NCBI GenBank assembly: GCA_951406725.2
Contig: OX597826.1
Location: 51,522,001-51,586,000, forward strand
Length of the DNA: 64,000 bases
Reading direction: 5' to 3'
DNA from: Octopus vulgaris
Taxonomy: Eukaryota
The notes below the pieces were generated by a model, which saw nothing but the letters and a program-made list of their open reading frames with translations, made no database searches and had not been told where the DNA came from. Every line of letters starts with the position of its first letter. Position 1 is the stretch's first letter. The translations under genes and the position numbers were made by a program. Positions 12,480-25,631 of this stretch are shown here, piece after piece.

Positions 12480-13112
12480 TTCCAATTTTGACTCAAGGCC
12501 AGCAACTTCAGGTAAGTAGATTAGATCGACCCTAAAGGCGGCGAGCTGGCAGAAACGTTAGCACACCGGGCGAAATACTTAGCGGTATTTCGTCTGTCTT
12601 TAAAATCAGAGTTCAAATTCTGCAGGGGCCGACTTTGCCTTTCACCCTTCGGGGTCGCTAAATTAAATACCAGTCACGCTGGGGTCGATGTAATCGACTT
12701 AATTCCTTTGTCTGTCCTTGTTTGTCCCCTCTGTGTTTAGCCCCTTGTGGGTAGTAAAGAAATAGGTATTTCGTCTGTCTTTAAGATCAGAGTTCAAATT
12801 CTGCAGGGGCCGACTTTGCCTTTCACACTTCGGGGTCGCTAAATTAAATACCAGTTACGCACTGGGGTCGATGTAATCGACTTAATTCCTTTGTCTGTTC
12901 TTGTTTGTTCCCTCTATGTTTAGCTCCTTGTGGGCAATAAAGAAATAAGATTAGATCGATCCTATTACTCGATACGTACTTGTTTTATCGAACCCGAAAG
13001 GATGGACGGCAAAATTGACCTCGGCGAAATTTGAACTCAGAACACAATAACAGACGAAATGCAGGATAAGCATTTTGCCCTGTGTTCTAACGATTGTGCC
13101 AGCTCGCTGTCT
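12480..13112 (-). mobile_element. Older family-B-related SINE interrupted by a younger SINE dimer
   Basis: Its tail lies at 12480-12533 and its body and head at 12948-13112 (…GACCTCGGCGAAATTTGAACTCAGAAC…TGCCAGCTCGC), split by the 12534-12947 insertion. Confidence 0.75.
12534..12947 (+). mobile_element. SINE family B with a tandem duplication of its 3' ~181 bp
   Basis: Units start at GGTATTTCGTCTG (12584, 12765). The whole insert is flanked by a 16-bp TSD AGATTAGATCGA(C/T)CCT (12518-12533, 12948-12963). Confidence 0.9.
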
Positions 13113-13205
13113 TCAACGGCGCTGGAAATACTAGTGATGCTTCAGATGATATTGTTAATAATACGACTGAAGACATTGAGGGTTAAAGAAATGTAGGGAT
13201 TTCTA

Positions 13206-13645
13206 TACTCTTAGTCTTTACTCTTTTACTTGTTTCAGTCATTTGACTGCGGCCATGCTGGAGCACCGCCTTTAATCGAGCAACTCGACCCCGGGACTTA
13301 TTCTTTTGTAAGCCCAGTACTTATTCTATCGGTCTCTTTTGCCGAACCGCGAAGTAACGGGGACATAAACACACCAGCATCGGTTGTCAAGCAATGCTAC
13401 GGGGACAAACACAGACGCACAAACACACACGCATATATATATATATACATATATACGACGGGCTTCTTTCAGTTTCCGTCTACCAAATCCACTCACAAGG
13501 CTTTGGTCGGCCCGAGACTATAGTAGAAGACACTTGCCCAAGGTGCCACGCAGTGGGACTGAACCCGGAACCATGTGGCTGGTAAACAAGCTACTTACCA
13601 CACAGCCACTCCTGCGCCTATATACCACACAGCCACTCCTGCGCC
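13206..13645 (-). mobile_element. SINE family A, with a short duplication of its 5' end
   Basis: Reverse complement of 11666-12125; TACCACACAGCCACTCCTGCGCC occurs twice (~13596 and ~13623). Confidence 0.92.
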
Positions 13646-14026
13646 GATCTATATGGTATTGGTTTTCGTGATGGCAAAGTTGTTTTATTTTTTCGAAGGT
13701 CAGTTTTGATTTAGCAGGGTTTTAACTGATTGATTTGTAGTATGACTTGAGACGGCCAGGTGTATCCAGTGTTAACTCGGTAAAGACAATGAAAGCGATA
13801 ATGTTGGTGAAAGTATTTCGGCTGATAGTTGTCGTTTTGTATCATATCAGCCCCTATTCTTACCAAAGATGTTCCAGTCATTATCACCCCATCTTTATCA
13901 GATATAGTGTATCTAGGACTACATTATCCAACGTGTTTTTCCTTTTAATAAGACGGTAGGGTATTCTTTTGCGGCAGATATCCTAATTTCATGCTGCAAA
14001 AGGTGGTGTTCATGAGAATATTGTTG

Positions 14027-14418
<392 letters not shown>

Positions 14419-15849
14419 CGTGTTGCAAGTGTGCTAGTGGCAATAGTGACACGGATGATAGTGATAGTATTGCTGTAGTGTAGTGGTCTCGATGATGTCT
14501 ATGGTGGCGTTGTTTTATTTTAAGGTCTGTGTTGTTAGCACTGATAACAGTGATTATTATGGGGGGGTTAACGACAGGTAGCGGACATGTTGTTGGTATT
14601 AGCTGCGAAGTTATTAATTTGTTATAGAAGTAACAACACTGAAAACACTACAAGTAGAAATGCGCAGAGGAAAAATAAGCTAAAGATTGTGATTGTTCGA
14701 AAAGTCGAACTGCTTCAAACATAAATATAAACATTACGTCTGCTGGATATAAATTATTTATATGTAAAGACGAAATAGTATATACACAAATTAAATATTT
14801 TGGCGAGTTACCAAAATATTGGTACCTATTATTGTTCCTACTCTACGTAATAAAACCAGATATCTTTAGAGTAGGAATATTCAATATATTCTTGTATTTT
14901 CCCTTTAGAAATAATTTCCTTGTAGGAGATTCTTTAGCTTCTCTGAGTTTAATCTCGTTACACTTATTCGATTTAATGCAGGCGAGCAAGCATTTTAATA
15001 AGGTCTATATTTTCGGAACATTGATAGGAAGACATAATTTAATGAAATCGGTGTCAGAGCCTTTTTGAAATGTAGCATATGCATAAAACATATAGGAATC
15101 TATAAACCTTAGCAACCCTGTGTGAGCTGTTGGTGCATAACACTGCTAACTGAAAGAAATATGACGTCATAGGTTGCTTCTGCAGTCGATAACGCTTTCA
15201 TGATCATTCCTGTGTTTCTTTTTTTTTTTTTGAATAGCAAATTTATTTTACAGATTAAGAATTTCTTAGATGTTATCCACATGATGTTCAATAGGTAAAG
15301 TTATTGCCAGTGCATTTCATTGATATTGAGTTGCGCTGTATTATTGGGAGTAAAGTCACTTCATCTGTAAAACCCTAAATCAATACTTCTCAAATTTTTT
15401 AACTATCGCACTCCGCTCATTTTTTACTCGTATTTTGTGGATTCTTGCTTCGATTCTAATTCCCTGATCCATTATTTTACGTATATACATGTAATAACAG
15501 GCCAGAGTAGTTTAGTTTGATGTGAATAACTTACCACAATGCCACAATGTTATAACGAATACTTTTATTATTGGTGGCACATATTCGCTTTTATTTATTT
15601 GTTTATCGACATTTCGAAATCTATTATTATTATTGCAGATGTGACCGTTGTTATTGTTGTTGGTGCGAACGTGGCAAACAATTTCATTGCTTTTAAAATG
15701 CTTTAAAAGTCAATATTTAAATAGTGATGAAGCACTAAAAGAACTGTATAGAAGCTTCTGTTCCCTATTCCTACTGTCTTATCTGTTTCCTAGTACCAAT
15801 GTCCCTTAGTGGAGCAGTACCACCCACTGCGAAAAGCATTGATTTAAAT

Positions 15850-16066
15850 AATCCTTTCTACTATAGTCACAGGGCTTGAAATCTTCGAAGAAATTGCTCG
15901 AAGATTACATAGACCCCAATGCTTGACTGATACTTATTTTATCGACTCTAATAAATGAAAAGCATAATCGAAAATGGAGGAATTCGAAGTTAAAACGTAA
16001 AGAGATAGATGAAACACCGTTAAGCACTATACAGCGTGCTAACCATTCTGACAGCTTGCAGCCTTA
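15850..16066 (-). mobile_element. Degenerate family-B-related SINE
   Basis: ACTGATACTTATTTTATCGAC…GTGCTAACCATTCTGACAGCTTGCAGCCTT resembles the reverse complement of family B. Confidence 0.6.
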
Positions 16067-18390
16067 ACTGTTCTGGACAATAATCTTAACTACATACATT
16101 TGGCTGTTTGCTAGGGATGTAAACTCTATATAATTGCTCAGTGCATCGCTATTATTCAACAAGTATAGCAATTGGCATGTGGATAAAAATAAATTAAAAT
16201 TTCATAAACAATTAACATCGTAGAAAATCCAGTCCCTGTCATGTGATAACAAACAAAATTGTCATGATGTGTCACATTTGTCGCATCGCTGCTGCCTGAT
16301 CATTGATGCATTAGTAAATAAAAATTTGAAATTAACTTCATAGTTTTCGCTACTATGAAATGACTAGAATGACTGTTACAATGCAAATGTTTAACTTTCA
16401 ACAGAGTGTCTGATCATGTTGGTTGGTACAGAAATACAATTCTGAGAATAATATATTATAAAAATAAATACAAGACGCATTGCACTTTGTCTTTGAGTGC
16501 TAACATGGGGCCAATTTACGTCGAGTTGCCTCATTTTGTCACTTCTCTCCTCGAAAAGTCTGTAATTTTTGAAAACCCGAGTAATTTTCAAAGTTGTTAG
16601 CATCTCATCCTATGATTTGTGCATAGTGTTTTGCCTTTACTCATTTTCTGTCACTCATAACACACTCTTTCAGTCTCTATTTCTCTATTCATCTCCCCTC
16701 TTTCTTTCATTTCTGTTTCCTTTTCCTTTATTTTATTCTCACTTGTCTGCCATATTTTGTCCATCTTTCTATCTTTTTGTATTTCTCTCCTTTCTTTCTT
16801 ACGTTTCTTCTTTATTTCGTTGTTTTCTTTCTTTCCTTCTACATCTGTTTGATTTATTTGCATGTAGCCGATTGTAAAAATAGAGCAAGACTATTTTTCT
16901 ATTTCCGTTGATTAAAAAAAAAACAGCAAACAAAATATTCAAATCCAATGTTACTTATTTAAAAGATAAAAAAAAATCCTTACATAGAGTAGCTGAGGCA
17001 TTAATCGCTATGAGAATGTTAATGCTATTGATATCTCTTCATAAACGTCATGGAATTTGATATACTCCGTTATGGTTGTAAATTCTCTAAGCTAGAACGA
17101 ATTATGCAAATAAATATTTTATGATAAACTTAAATTTATCTGTATTTTTAAATCCTAGTTTGCTTGTGGAAACTTCGAATCGCTTCTGTACGCTGACCTT
17201 TATAAAATGGCAGTTCATAAAATAGCTGCTTGATAGTCTCTAACTTCTCTAGATGTTTAAATACATATTTATTATATTTTGTGAAGTAGTTGACCTTAGA
17301 AAATTAACTTAAGATTTCTTCAGAAAATTGAGAAACCATATATTCACATTCAGCAAATTGCAATTAGTTTGTTCATGGCAAACAAAATATGTATGAAGAA
17401 AAGGAGTTGAATATTTAAACAAAACGATAAAATTTTCTCAGAAAAAAAACCGGAAAACTATATATTTGTCTAGTTAAATGGAGAAATGCGTTTATCAAGA
17501 GAAAAGGTAAATATTTAATCAGAAAATTGAAAAAGTATATATAAGGAGAATTAAATAAGAATGCAAATACGAAATAAACTGAAATTTGCACTTCGTTTTA
17601 TTGAATTACTATGCGATATGTGACACTTTGGATGCAAAAAGATAAAGAAGTATCATTTGAATTGGATCTTAGCCAATATCATAGGCGCACACACATGCAT
17701 ATGTATGTATATGTGTGTGTTTGTGTGAGTGTGTGTGTCTGTAGGTGTGCATGTGAATGTGAGTGCTTGCATGCTTTTGCATGCGTATGTTTCTATAAAA
17801 TAGATATAAAGATATTTCACATATATATATATATATATATATATTTACATGGAGAGAGTGAGAGGGGGAAATAGATAAAGCAAAACAAAACAGGAGAGTT
17901 TGTTCCTAAACTATTTAGTTTATGAACATATAATCTTGTTTTGACTTGTATTTAGTATTGTACTAAATGACCTCTCCACCACTGCAGTTCAACCGAGTTG
18001 AATTCAGTCTGACGTGCGAATCAGACCACCTCTCGATGCTCACTGCGGATGTAAAGGAATACGCTTGGAATACTAAATAATTATTTGTCGTGCGACTCAA
18101 ATACATGTATGTGTGTGTGTGTGTATACATGTTTATGTGTGTGTGTGCATGTACGTGTGTTTGTGTGTCTAGGTGGTGCCCCAGCATGGCCGCAGTTTAA
18201 GAACTGAAATGAAAGCCAAAGTGACAGTATATAATGATGCAGAAACGTATACTTCCTAGGCTCCTATGACATAATTCATAACCAGACAGTGCGTTTACAT
18301 ATATTGTCTATAAGGAGAAGTGTTTTTACTTGAGACATTTTCTGCTACATATTACGACATATACATATATGAATACACACACACACAGAA

Positions 18391-18519
18391 CTACATGGTT
18401 CCGGGTTCAGTCCCACTCTGTGGCACCTTGGGTACGTGTCTTCTACTATAGCCTCGGGCCGACCAAAGCCTTGTGAGTGGATTTGGTAGACGAACACTGA
18501 AAGAAGCCTGTCGTATATA

Positions 18520-18584
<65 letters not shown>

Positions 18585-18800
18585 GCGCGTTTGCGTGTCT
18601 GTGTTTGTACCGACAACATCGCTTGACAACTGATGCTGGTGTGTTTACGTCCCCGTTATCTAGCGGTTCGGCAAAAAAGAGGCTGATAAAATAAGTACTA
18701 GGCTTACAAAGAATAAGTCCTGGGGTCGATTTGATCGACTAAAGGCGGTGATCCAGCATGGCCACAGTCACACGACTGAAACTAGTAAAAGAGTAAAATA
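18391..18800 (+). mobile_element. SINE family A, 5'-truncated
   Basis: Starts at ACATGGTTCCGGGTTCAGTCCC; internal (TA)n and the standard tail. Confidence 0.9.
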
Positions 18801-18801
18801 G

Positions 18802-18846
<45 letters not shown>

Positions 18847-18851
<5 letters not shown>

Positions 18852-19331
18852 GACAGGAGCATCCGCGTCAAACTCATCAGTACCACTGCTCTACTTGCAA
18901 TGTTATATGGTAGTGAAACATGCGCTACTACAAAGTGAGAAGAGTAGAGATTGCTAACGGTTCAAAGAGCCATTGAAAGGTCAATGCATGGAGAATCTCG
19001 TTGAGAAAGAACATCAGTAGCGAGGTCAGCAGACAGAAGTTTGGCGTGAGTGATGTCATCGTAGAATACACACGCTGCAAGTTTAGATAGAGTTGATATG
19101 TTACCTGACTCCACCGATACCAGGGACTCCACGCAGCCGTCGAGTGGTATTCGCGACGGCGGAAACGACCACTCGGAAGGCCTCAATGGCGGTAGAGTTA
19201 CGATTTTAGGGGGGCGATTGGGACCACGTGGATGAGGAAAGCGCGATCCAGAGAGGAGTGGACAGCGTGCTGTGACCAGCGGTGTGAAATGGACGCCCGG
19301 CGGAGAGGTCGGTCTAGGTGATCAAGGTGAT
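18847..19331 (+). mobile_element. 3' fragment of an RTE-clade LINE
   Basis: Decayed peptide AMLYGSETCATTK*EE*RLLTVQRAIERSM…VEWYSRRRKRPLGRPQWR (YGSETW and RPxGRPxxRW motifs of the RTE C-terminus). Short (AGGTGAT)-type tandem tail; (TA)n on both sides. Confidence 0.88.
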
Positions 19332-19614
19332 ATATATATATGCATGTATATATATATACATATATATATATCTTATAATCAAGGAGGTAAAATCTTTATA
19401 AGGTTTTATCATATAGGTAAAGAGCCTTTTGGCGTCTACTTCTCGCATATGGTACTACGCATTAGTGCCCTTACTATATTTATATTTATATAATTGTATA
19501 TATATATATATATATATATATACTACGTACTAGAGTTGCATTTTTGTCTTTTTCTCCGTTTAATTATATATATGTTCATATATATATATGTATATATGTA
19601 TATATATATATGTA

Positions 19615-19686
<72 letters not shown>

Positions 19687-19794
19687 TACAGACAGACAGA
19701 CAGAGAGAGACAGAGAGAGAGAGAGAGGGAGAGAGAGAGTTAGAAATACAGAGAGAGAGAGGGAGAGAGAGTTAGAAATACAGAGAGAGAGAGA

Positions 19795-19832
<38 letters not shown>

Positions 19833-20146
19833 GAGAGACTCAGCAGCTGATATCCAGAGTTACTCAATATAGAAAAAAACTTAGTAACGCACAAATGATT
19901 TGAACTTTCAAACTTTACTGAGAAATGCGGTGGGATCATGTATAGTGATAAAGATGCAAGTAAACAAATAAAACTGCTTGGGCTCCACATATAAAATATA
20001 CATACATACATATATACATGTAAAGAGAGAGGTAACAAAGACTGAAAATGTTCAGACGATGAATATTCATGTATAAATCTATAAATATTTATATATTAAC
20101 AGAGAAAATTACACTGAGTACAAAGACTGAATGGATGGTGTTGTTA

Positions 20147-20196
20147 CAGGTCCGACAGCTGTTTCTGGGGACCTTCTGAAACAGGTGTCGGACCTG
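20147..20196. repeat. 19-bp inverted repeat containing the 3' half of a hammerhead-like motif
   Basis: CAGGTCCGACAGCTGTTTC / GAAACAGGTGTCGGACCTG, one mismatch, 12-nt loop. Each arm reads GAAAC-AG(C/G)T-GTC on one strand. Confidence 0.75.
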
Positions 20197-20258
20197 GTTT
20201 ATTTCTTTGTTTGCATCCTTATGTATGTATGTATGTATGTATGTAAATATGTATGTAA

Positions 20259-20335
<77 letters not shown>

Positions 20336-20635
20336 GTTTTTGGATTTTGATTTGCAAGATTATTTATGTGAGTTCGTGTGTTGAAGCATATTCCGTTGTG
20401 TCGGGGGTCAGGGGAATCATTCTCTTTTGGTGCCTTATAAATTTCCACCTATTTCCCTTTTATTTTTCTAAATTTTTCGTTGCGTCTTGCAACTTTTTCA
20501 ATAGTTTTGACTCTGTCCGTTACTGACACTGCGTTCTTTTTTGTTTGTTTGTGCGCATGTGTGTGGAGGATCAACATACAGACGGATAGTTACATAGGTT
20601 ATATGAACAAACAAGCCTACATACGCAAATGAAGA

Positions 20636-20840
20636 CTGAGCGGGTAGAAACGTGAGCACGCCGCGCGAAATGCGTAGAAGTATTTCGTCTGTCTTTTCGT
20701 TCTGAGTCCAAATTCCGCCGAGGTCGACTTTGCCTTTCATCCTTTCGGGGTCGATAAATTGAGTACCAGTTGCATAGTGGAGTCGATTGAACTGAGTGGC
20801 CTCCTCCCTCTAAATTTTGGGCCCTATGCTTTGAGTAAAA
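20636..20840 (+). mobile_element. SINE family B variant
   Basis: Head and central block as in family B, with a different 3' tail (…CCTCCCTCTAAATTTTGGGCCCTATGC). Confidence 0.82.
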
Positions 20841-21071
20841 AATAATTTTGTTCAAGTTTACTGAAATTTAATATGTATTCAATGCATGATGTGTCATTGT
20901 TGGGCCCAAGGCCTAATGAATAGCCCTCCACGGAAGCTAGATTAAAAGCCGTCCTATCGGACAGCTTTTAAGCAAGTCATATATATTCATATACGTAAAT
21001 ATACGTACATCTATGTATACACACGCGCATATATACATGGACACTTTCATTCACGTATATATTCGAATACA

Positions 21072-21116
<45 letters not shown>

Positions 21117-21635
21117 TGTATATATATCAATGCACACTTTCATTTACATATTTATACGAATACAAATATATGTACACATTTTCCTATGAATATATAAATA
21201 TAAATTTACATATATATATATTTATTAATATATGCAATGAATAAAAATATATATTAAGACATTCGTATAGGAGAACCAATAATTTTTTATTTAGTTACAC
21301 TCCACTTAACTCGTTCAATTAACCTAGATATTTTCCAATGCGGATTCATTAACAGATTCTAAGCATATCATGTCCACCATCTGTGACAGTATAGGCAATA
21401 TATTTCGCCAAGCCATATTAATTTTTCTCTTTGCATTGCATTGTCATTTTTCGTTGATAGATTGGATTGTCTTCTCTCACGATTACGTTACGTTCGTCAG
21501 ACACACTTATAGATTCTTTGGCTATTCCACAAGAGAATATTACCGCCAGTTCTAGAGGATTAGTTAAGATAGCGTACAAATGTTGAAACAAACTAAGAAC
21601 TTCGCCATTGTACTTTGTAAGGGCATGTAAACAAA

Positions 21636-21689
21636 TTCTTCTTCATCATCATCATCATCATCATCATCATCTTCTTCTTCGTCTTCTTC

Positions 21690-21721
<32 letters not shown>

Positions 21722-21819
21722 CTTCCCTCCTCCTGCTCCCCTCAATCCCTACCCCTGTATTCCTCCCCTTCTCCACCCTTTCTGCACTCACTTGCACACA
21801 CAAACACACACACACACAG

Positions 21820-21865
<46 letters not shown>
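21636..21865. repeat. Compound (CAT)n/(CTT)n/(CA)n low-complexity tract
   Basis: Seen directly. Confidence 0.95.
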
Positions 21866-21867
<2 letters not shown>

Positions 21868-22177
21868 ATTCAAAAGACACAAGAACTAGTATTAGCGGAG
21901 CTTAAACAATACGATTAGAGATAGCAAAACCTAAACAATTAGTTACTCGTGTGTCGTTGAGTGGAGCAGACAATTAAACAACAACAACAACAACAACAAC
22001 AGCAACAACAACACTTATATTTTTTGTCTATAATGATATTTATAATTCCCGTATTATTTCTATGGCTTCGCTATTGATCTGTTACCTTTAAGTACAGTGA
22101 GGGGTTTTGGTGCATATTCTTACTAACATTAGAATATCTTTTTAAATCTGTTAATATTCGTAAGACTCTAACAGAGA

Positions 22178-22217
<40 letters not shown>

Positions 22218-22661
22218 ACACATTTACAAACAACGTAAAAACTAACGTAAGTGGATTTTGTTTAATGTACTTAGTGCTTTCTTCTAGATATTTTATAGAG
22301 TGTGTAATACACTTATATGTTTTTGTGTGTGTCAAAAATGATTCTGAGTACATTTATTTGCCTTATTTACCTTTTTTCTGAATTATGTTATTTGAACAGA
22401 AATTTTTCGGCGGTAGGTAAAAGTATATTTACTCAGATGTGGATGGAGCTGTAAAATAAAAATGAAATTAGATATCTGAATATTGTTATCGAATAAGTTT
22501 TGCTGGGGATGATGGTTGTTTGCTGGCGCAAAACTATAAATATAAAAAAAAAATATTATACACACACACACACACACGTATATGTCTACATATCTTGTTT
22601 GTGTGTATATATATTTTCACACACAATCCATGTACGTATATGTATATACATATAAATACAT

Positions 22662-22700
<39 letters not shown>

Positions 22701-22882
22701 ATTCATATATGCACATATGTATATATACACACGTATGTCTAAAGATGCATGTATAAATAAAAACATACGCACACGTCATCATATATCTATCCACCCGTTA
22801 TTCGTTCGCTCTGACTGTCTCTGTATCTATGTATGTACATACACACATGCACACATACATTTATATGAATATATACGGGTGT

Positions 22883-22920
<38 letters not shown>

Positions 22921-23802
22921 TGTGTGTGCGTGAGTATATAAATATAGACATAAATAAAGACAGATAGAGACTGATATATTGCAATTTTGAATAAAATGAT
23001 TGGAATTATTGAATCTTTGGAGATAATGCAGAATTTTCAAATGTAAATTGAAGAAAATTATTTATATCACATGCAATAGTTTCGCCATGCCAAAAGTATT
23101 GTTTCGATATGTAGAAATATGAAGCACAAATCGCTAACTCTCTTGCTCTTGTGGAAGTTATACTTATGATACTGGAAATAAGGAATTCCCAAGTGTTCCG
23201 CGTTTGGAAATTGAATCGATGAATATGTGGCGCATTTTCACTGAATTAAATTCCCACCGAGGCTAATTTAAATTTTCATATTTCCTGGGCTAATGCAATA
23301 ATGTAACAAGCAGGTCTGTAGATTTGGTAGAATTCGCAGAACGTCAAACGTGATATTTTGTAGTATGTGTGCCCTACGGTAGCTTTCTGGCTTCGTGCAT
23401 ATGAACCCTAATTCACCGTTCTATTTAATTCAGCTTCTTGGGCCTTGACTTGGTTTATTATACCTCAGTGCGTTGCAAGTATTCGGGTTAGTTTCTGGTT
23501 TGAAATTAACGTCCTTCATTCCTCCATTCAGTTTTAGTACCACTGAATGAAAAACTTTCTCAACCATTGACACTGCTTAATTCTCAGAATAAACAGTGAA
23601 AAGAAACTCCGCCAGTTGTAAGGCAAATTGTTTTGAAATTTTGGAAAACGTTATATTAAAGTAATCGAAAAATTACATTAATTTTTCTGGAACTCCCGTT
23701 GATGACTATGATTGGGTTGGTTTCATTATTGCGTTTTTTTAGTCAATGCAAGCCTTCAAGAACCCCCAATAAATAACTACCAATAATATTTATAATACTT
23801 AG

Positions 23803-23990
23803 GGCTGGCAGAATCGTTACAATACCGGGCAAAATGCTTAGCGGTTTATCGTCCGTCTTTACGTTCAGAGTTCAAATTTACCATAAGTCGAATTTGCCTT
23901 TCATCTTTTCGGAATGGATAAAATAAGTTAAAGGTGAACACTGGGGTCGATATTATGGGTTCGATGCTACGGGGTCGATGCTATGGGGTC
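23803..23990 (+). mobile_element. Degenerate SINE family B
   Basis: GCTGGCAGAATCGTT…GAGTTCAAATTT…GCCTTTCATC…CTGGGGTCGAT, followed by short tandem GGGGTCGATGCTA-like repeats. Confidence 0.78.
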
Positions 23991-25098
23991 AATATTCTTT
24001 GTAAGTATATATGTATTCATGTGTGTACTACGAATTTCTACTGAAAACTTATTATATGTGTGTGAGAACTTAAAAAGTTTACAAAGCTGTCATTTTCATT
24101 TGGTTAATACATAGCGATTAAACGCAAAAATCTAATTGTATTTAAAGTCAAAGATAAATATTTTTCTATAAGTTAATGCGTGCACTTAGTGATATTTAGC
24201 TAACTAGAAAAAATCTTTTGAAATTAGCAACAGAAGTATCGGCACCAGACTTTCATTTCCGTATATATTTTGCAAGGATTTGTAATGGATTATGTGAAGT
24301 GAGGATAGATCTAATGATTTTAATTAAAATCTTCATGAGAAAAATAAATCGAGTTTATGATTGATAGTTGAACTGTAGATCTAGCTGAGGAATGAGGTGA
24401 AGTGTTAACTAGTCTTATTTTCACAAATTGAAGCTTATTAAAGAGACTTTTGGTCATGTGCCAGTTACATAATTACTGTTTTCGTTTAACGAAAAAAAAT
24501 GATGATTAATGCCATTAAATTTTGTGGAATTTTTGAAACTTGTGAGGTCAAAATAAATATTGATAAGTTATGGAAAGGTTGGAATAAACGAACGACTCGT
24601 AGTTGATTGCTGAATTCTGAATGAGAAGGCTTGAACAAAATGTCTAGGGGGTGATACGTGGGAATATGAGAAAGTAGTAAGGAAGAAAGAAAAGTGTTCA
24701 TCGTTTTGCGCAGGATAGAAGCGCCCCGAAATTGACTGCCATATATAAGCATGCAGAATTCAGCTGCTTTACGTCCAGGTCAACGAAACTAACGAGGAGA
24801 AATACCATGAAAGATGTAAACCTTGCGCAATTCGTAATTCAACGGCTAACTACTACTATCTAGCATTAAATTCATTCAATTCATCGATTAACATTTTAGC
24901 ATTACGTTCAACAACATCCACTTTTACGCAGATTTTTCTCTAATCTCTCCTCACCAGGCATCATCCAGATACAACCGAGATATTAGACTTCAAATTTGCA
25001 CTGATTCCACGAGCATACACAATAAAAGCAGAAAGCATCCTCTAAAGGCGACAAGCTCATCTTGACTTAGAGATGACCGACACATACACACATACACA

Positions 25099-25130
<32 letters not shown>

Positions 25131-25401
25131 CACGCACAAAAACATACACAGAGACACATACTTGCGCTACTCATATCAAGAAACGATTATCGATGCCACT
25201 CTTCCGTAAACAACGTCACAACTAAGTTAAGCAAGTACTGAATACAAACAAATATCGTTAGATGATCCGTACTTAACTTTAAAACTTCGATCTACTTCAT
25301 CTATTACAACGACATATTATGGATGTTCGGGTATTACATTCTAATATTTTAAGATAACGGTATTTTAAAGATCAATAATAAATCTCTGAACGAGGTATAG
25401 A

Positions 25402-25631
25402 CAGTAACTGCACGACAATGTGAAGTATATTTGCCATCTAAATATGGCTAACCACTAAGGGTGGATGTTACTATAGCTTGTAGCCCCAGGAGAACATCTT
25501 CTCCAGCTGGCTATTGACACACTTTCTGTGCCCTATCGGTATTTGCAAGAGAGGTCTCCTGGGGCTACAAGCTACAGTAACATTCACTCTTAGTGGTTAG
25601 CCATATTTAGATGGCATATATACTTCACATT
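25402..25631. mobile_element. MITE-like fold-back element with 77-bp arms
   Basis: 25417-25493 is the reverse complement of 25555-25631 with 4 mismatches; 61-bp spacer; no coding capacity. Confidence 0.85.

Noticed and set aside
12500-12520. CTTCAG|GTAAGT as another recursive splice site (similar weak cases near 11082, 27313 and 62922)
   Set aside because: Weak pyrimidine tracts or weak donors, some inside repeats; expected by chance.
15161-15172. Perfect CRE palindrome TATGACGTCATA (also TTAGCATATGCTAA at 37094-37107)
   Set aside because: Isolated short palindromes with no supporting context cannot be told from chance.
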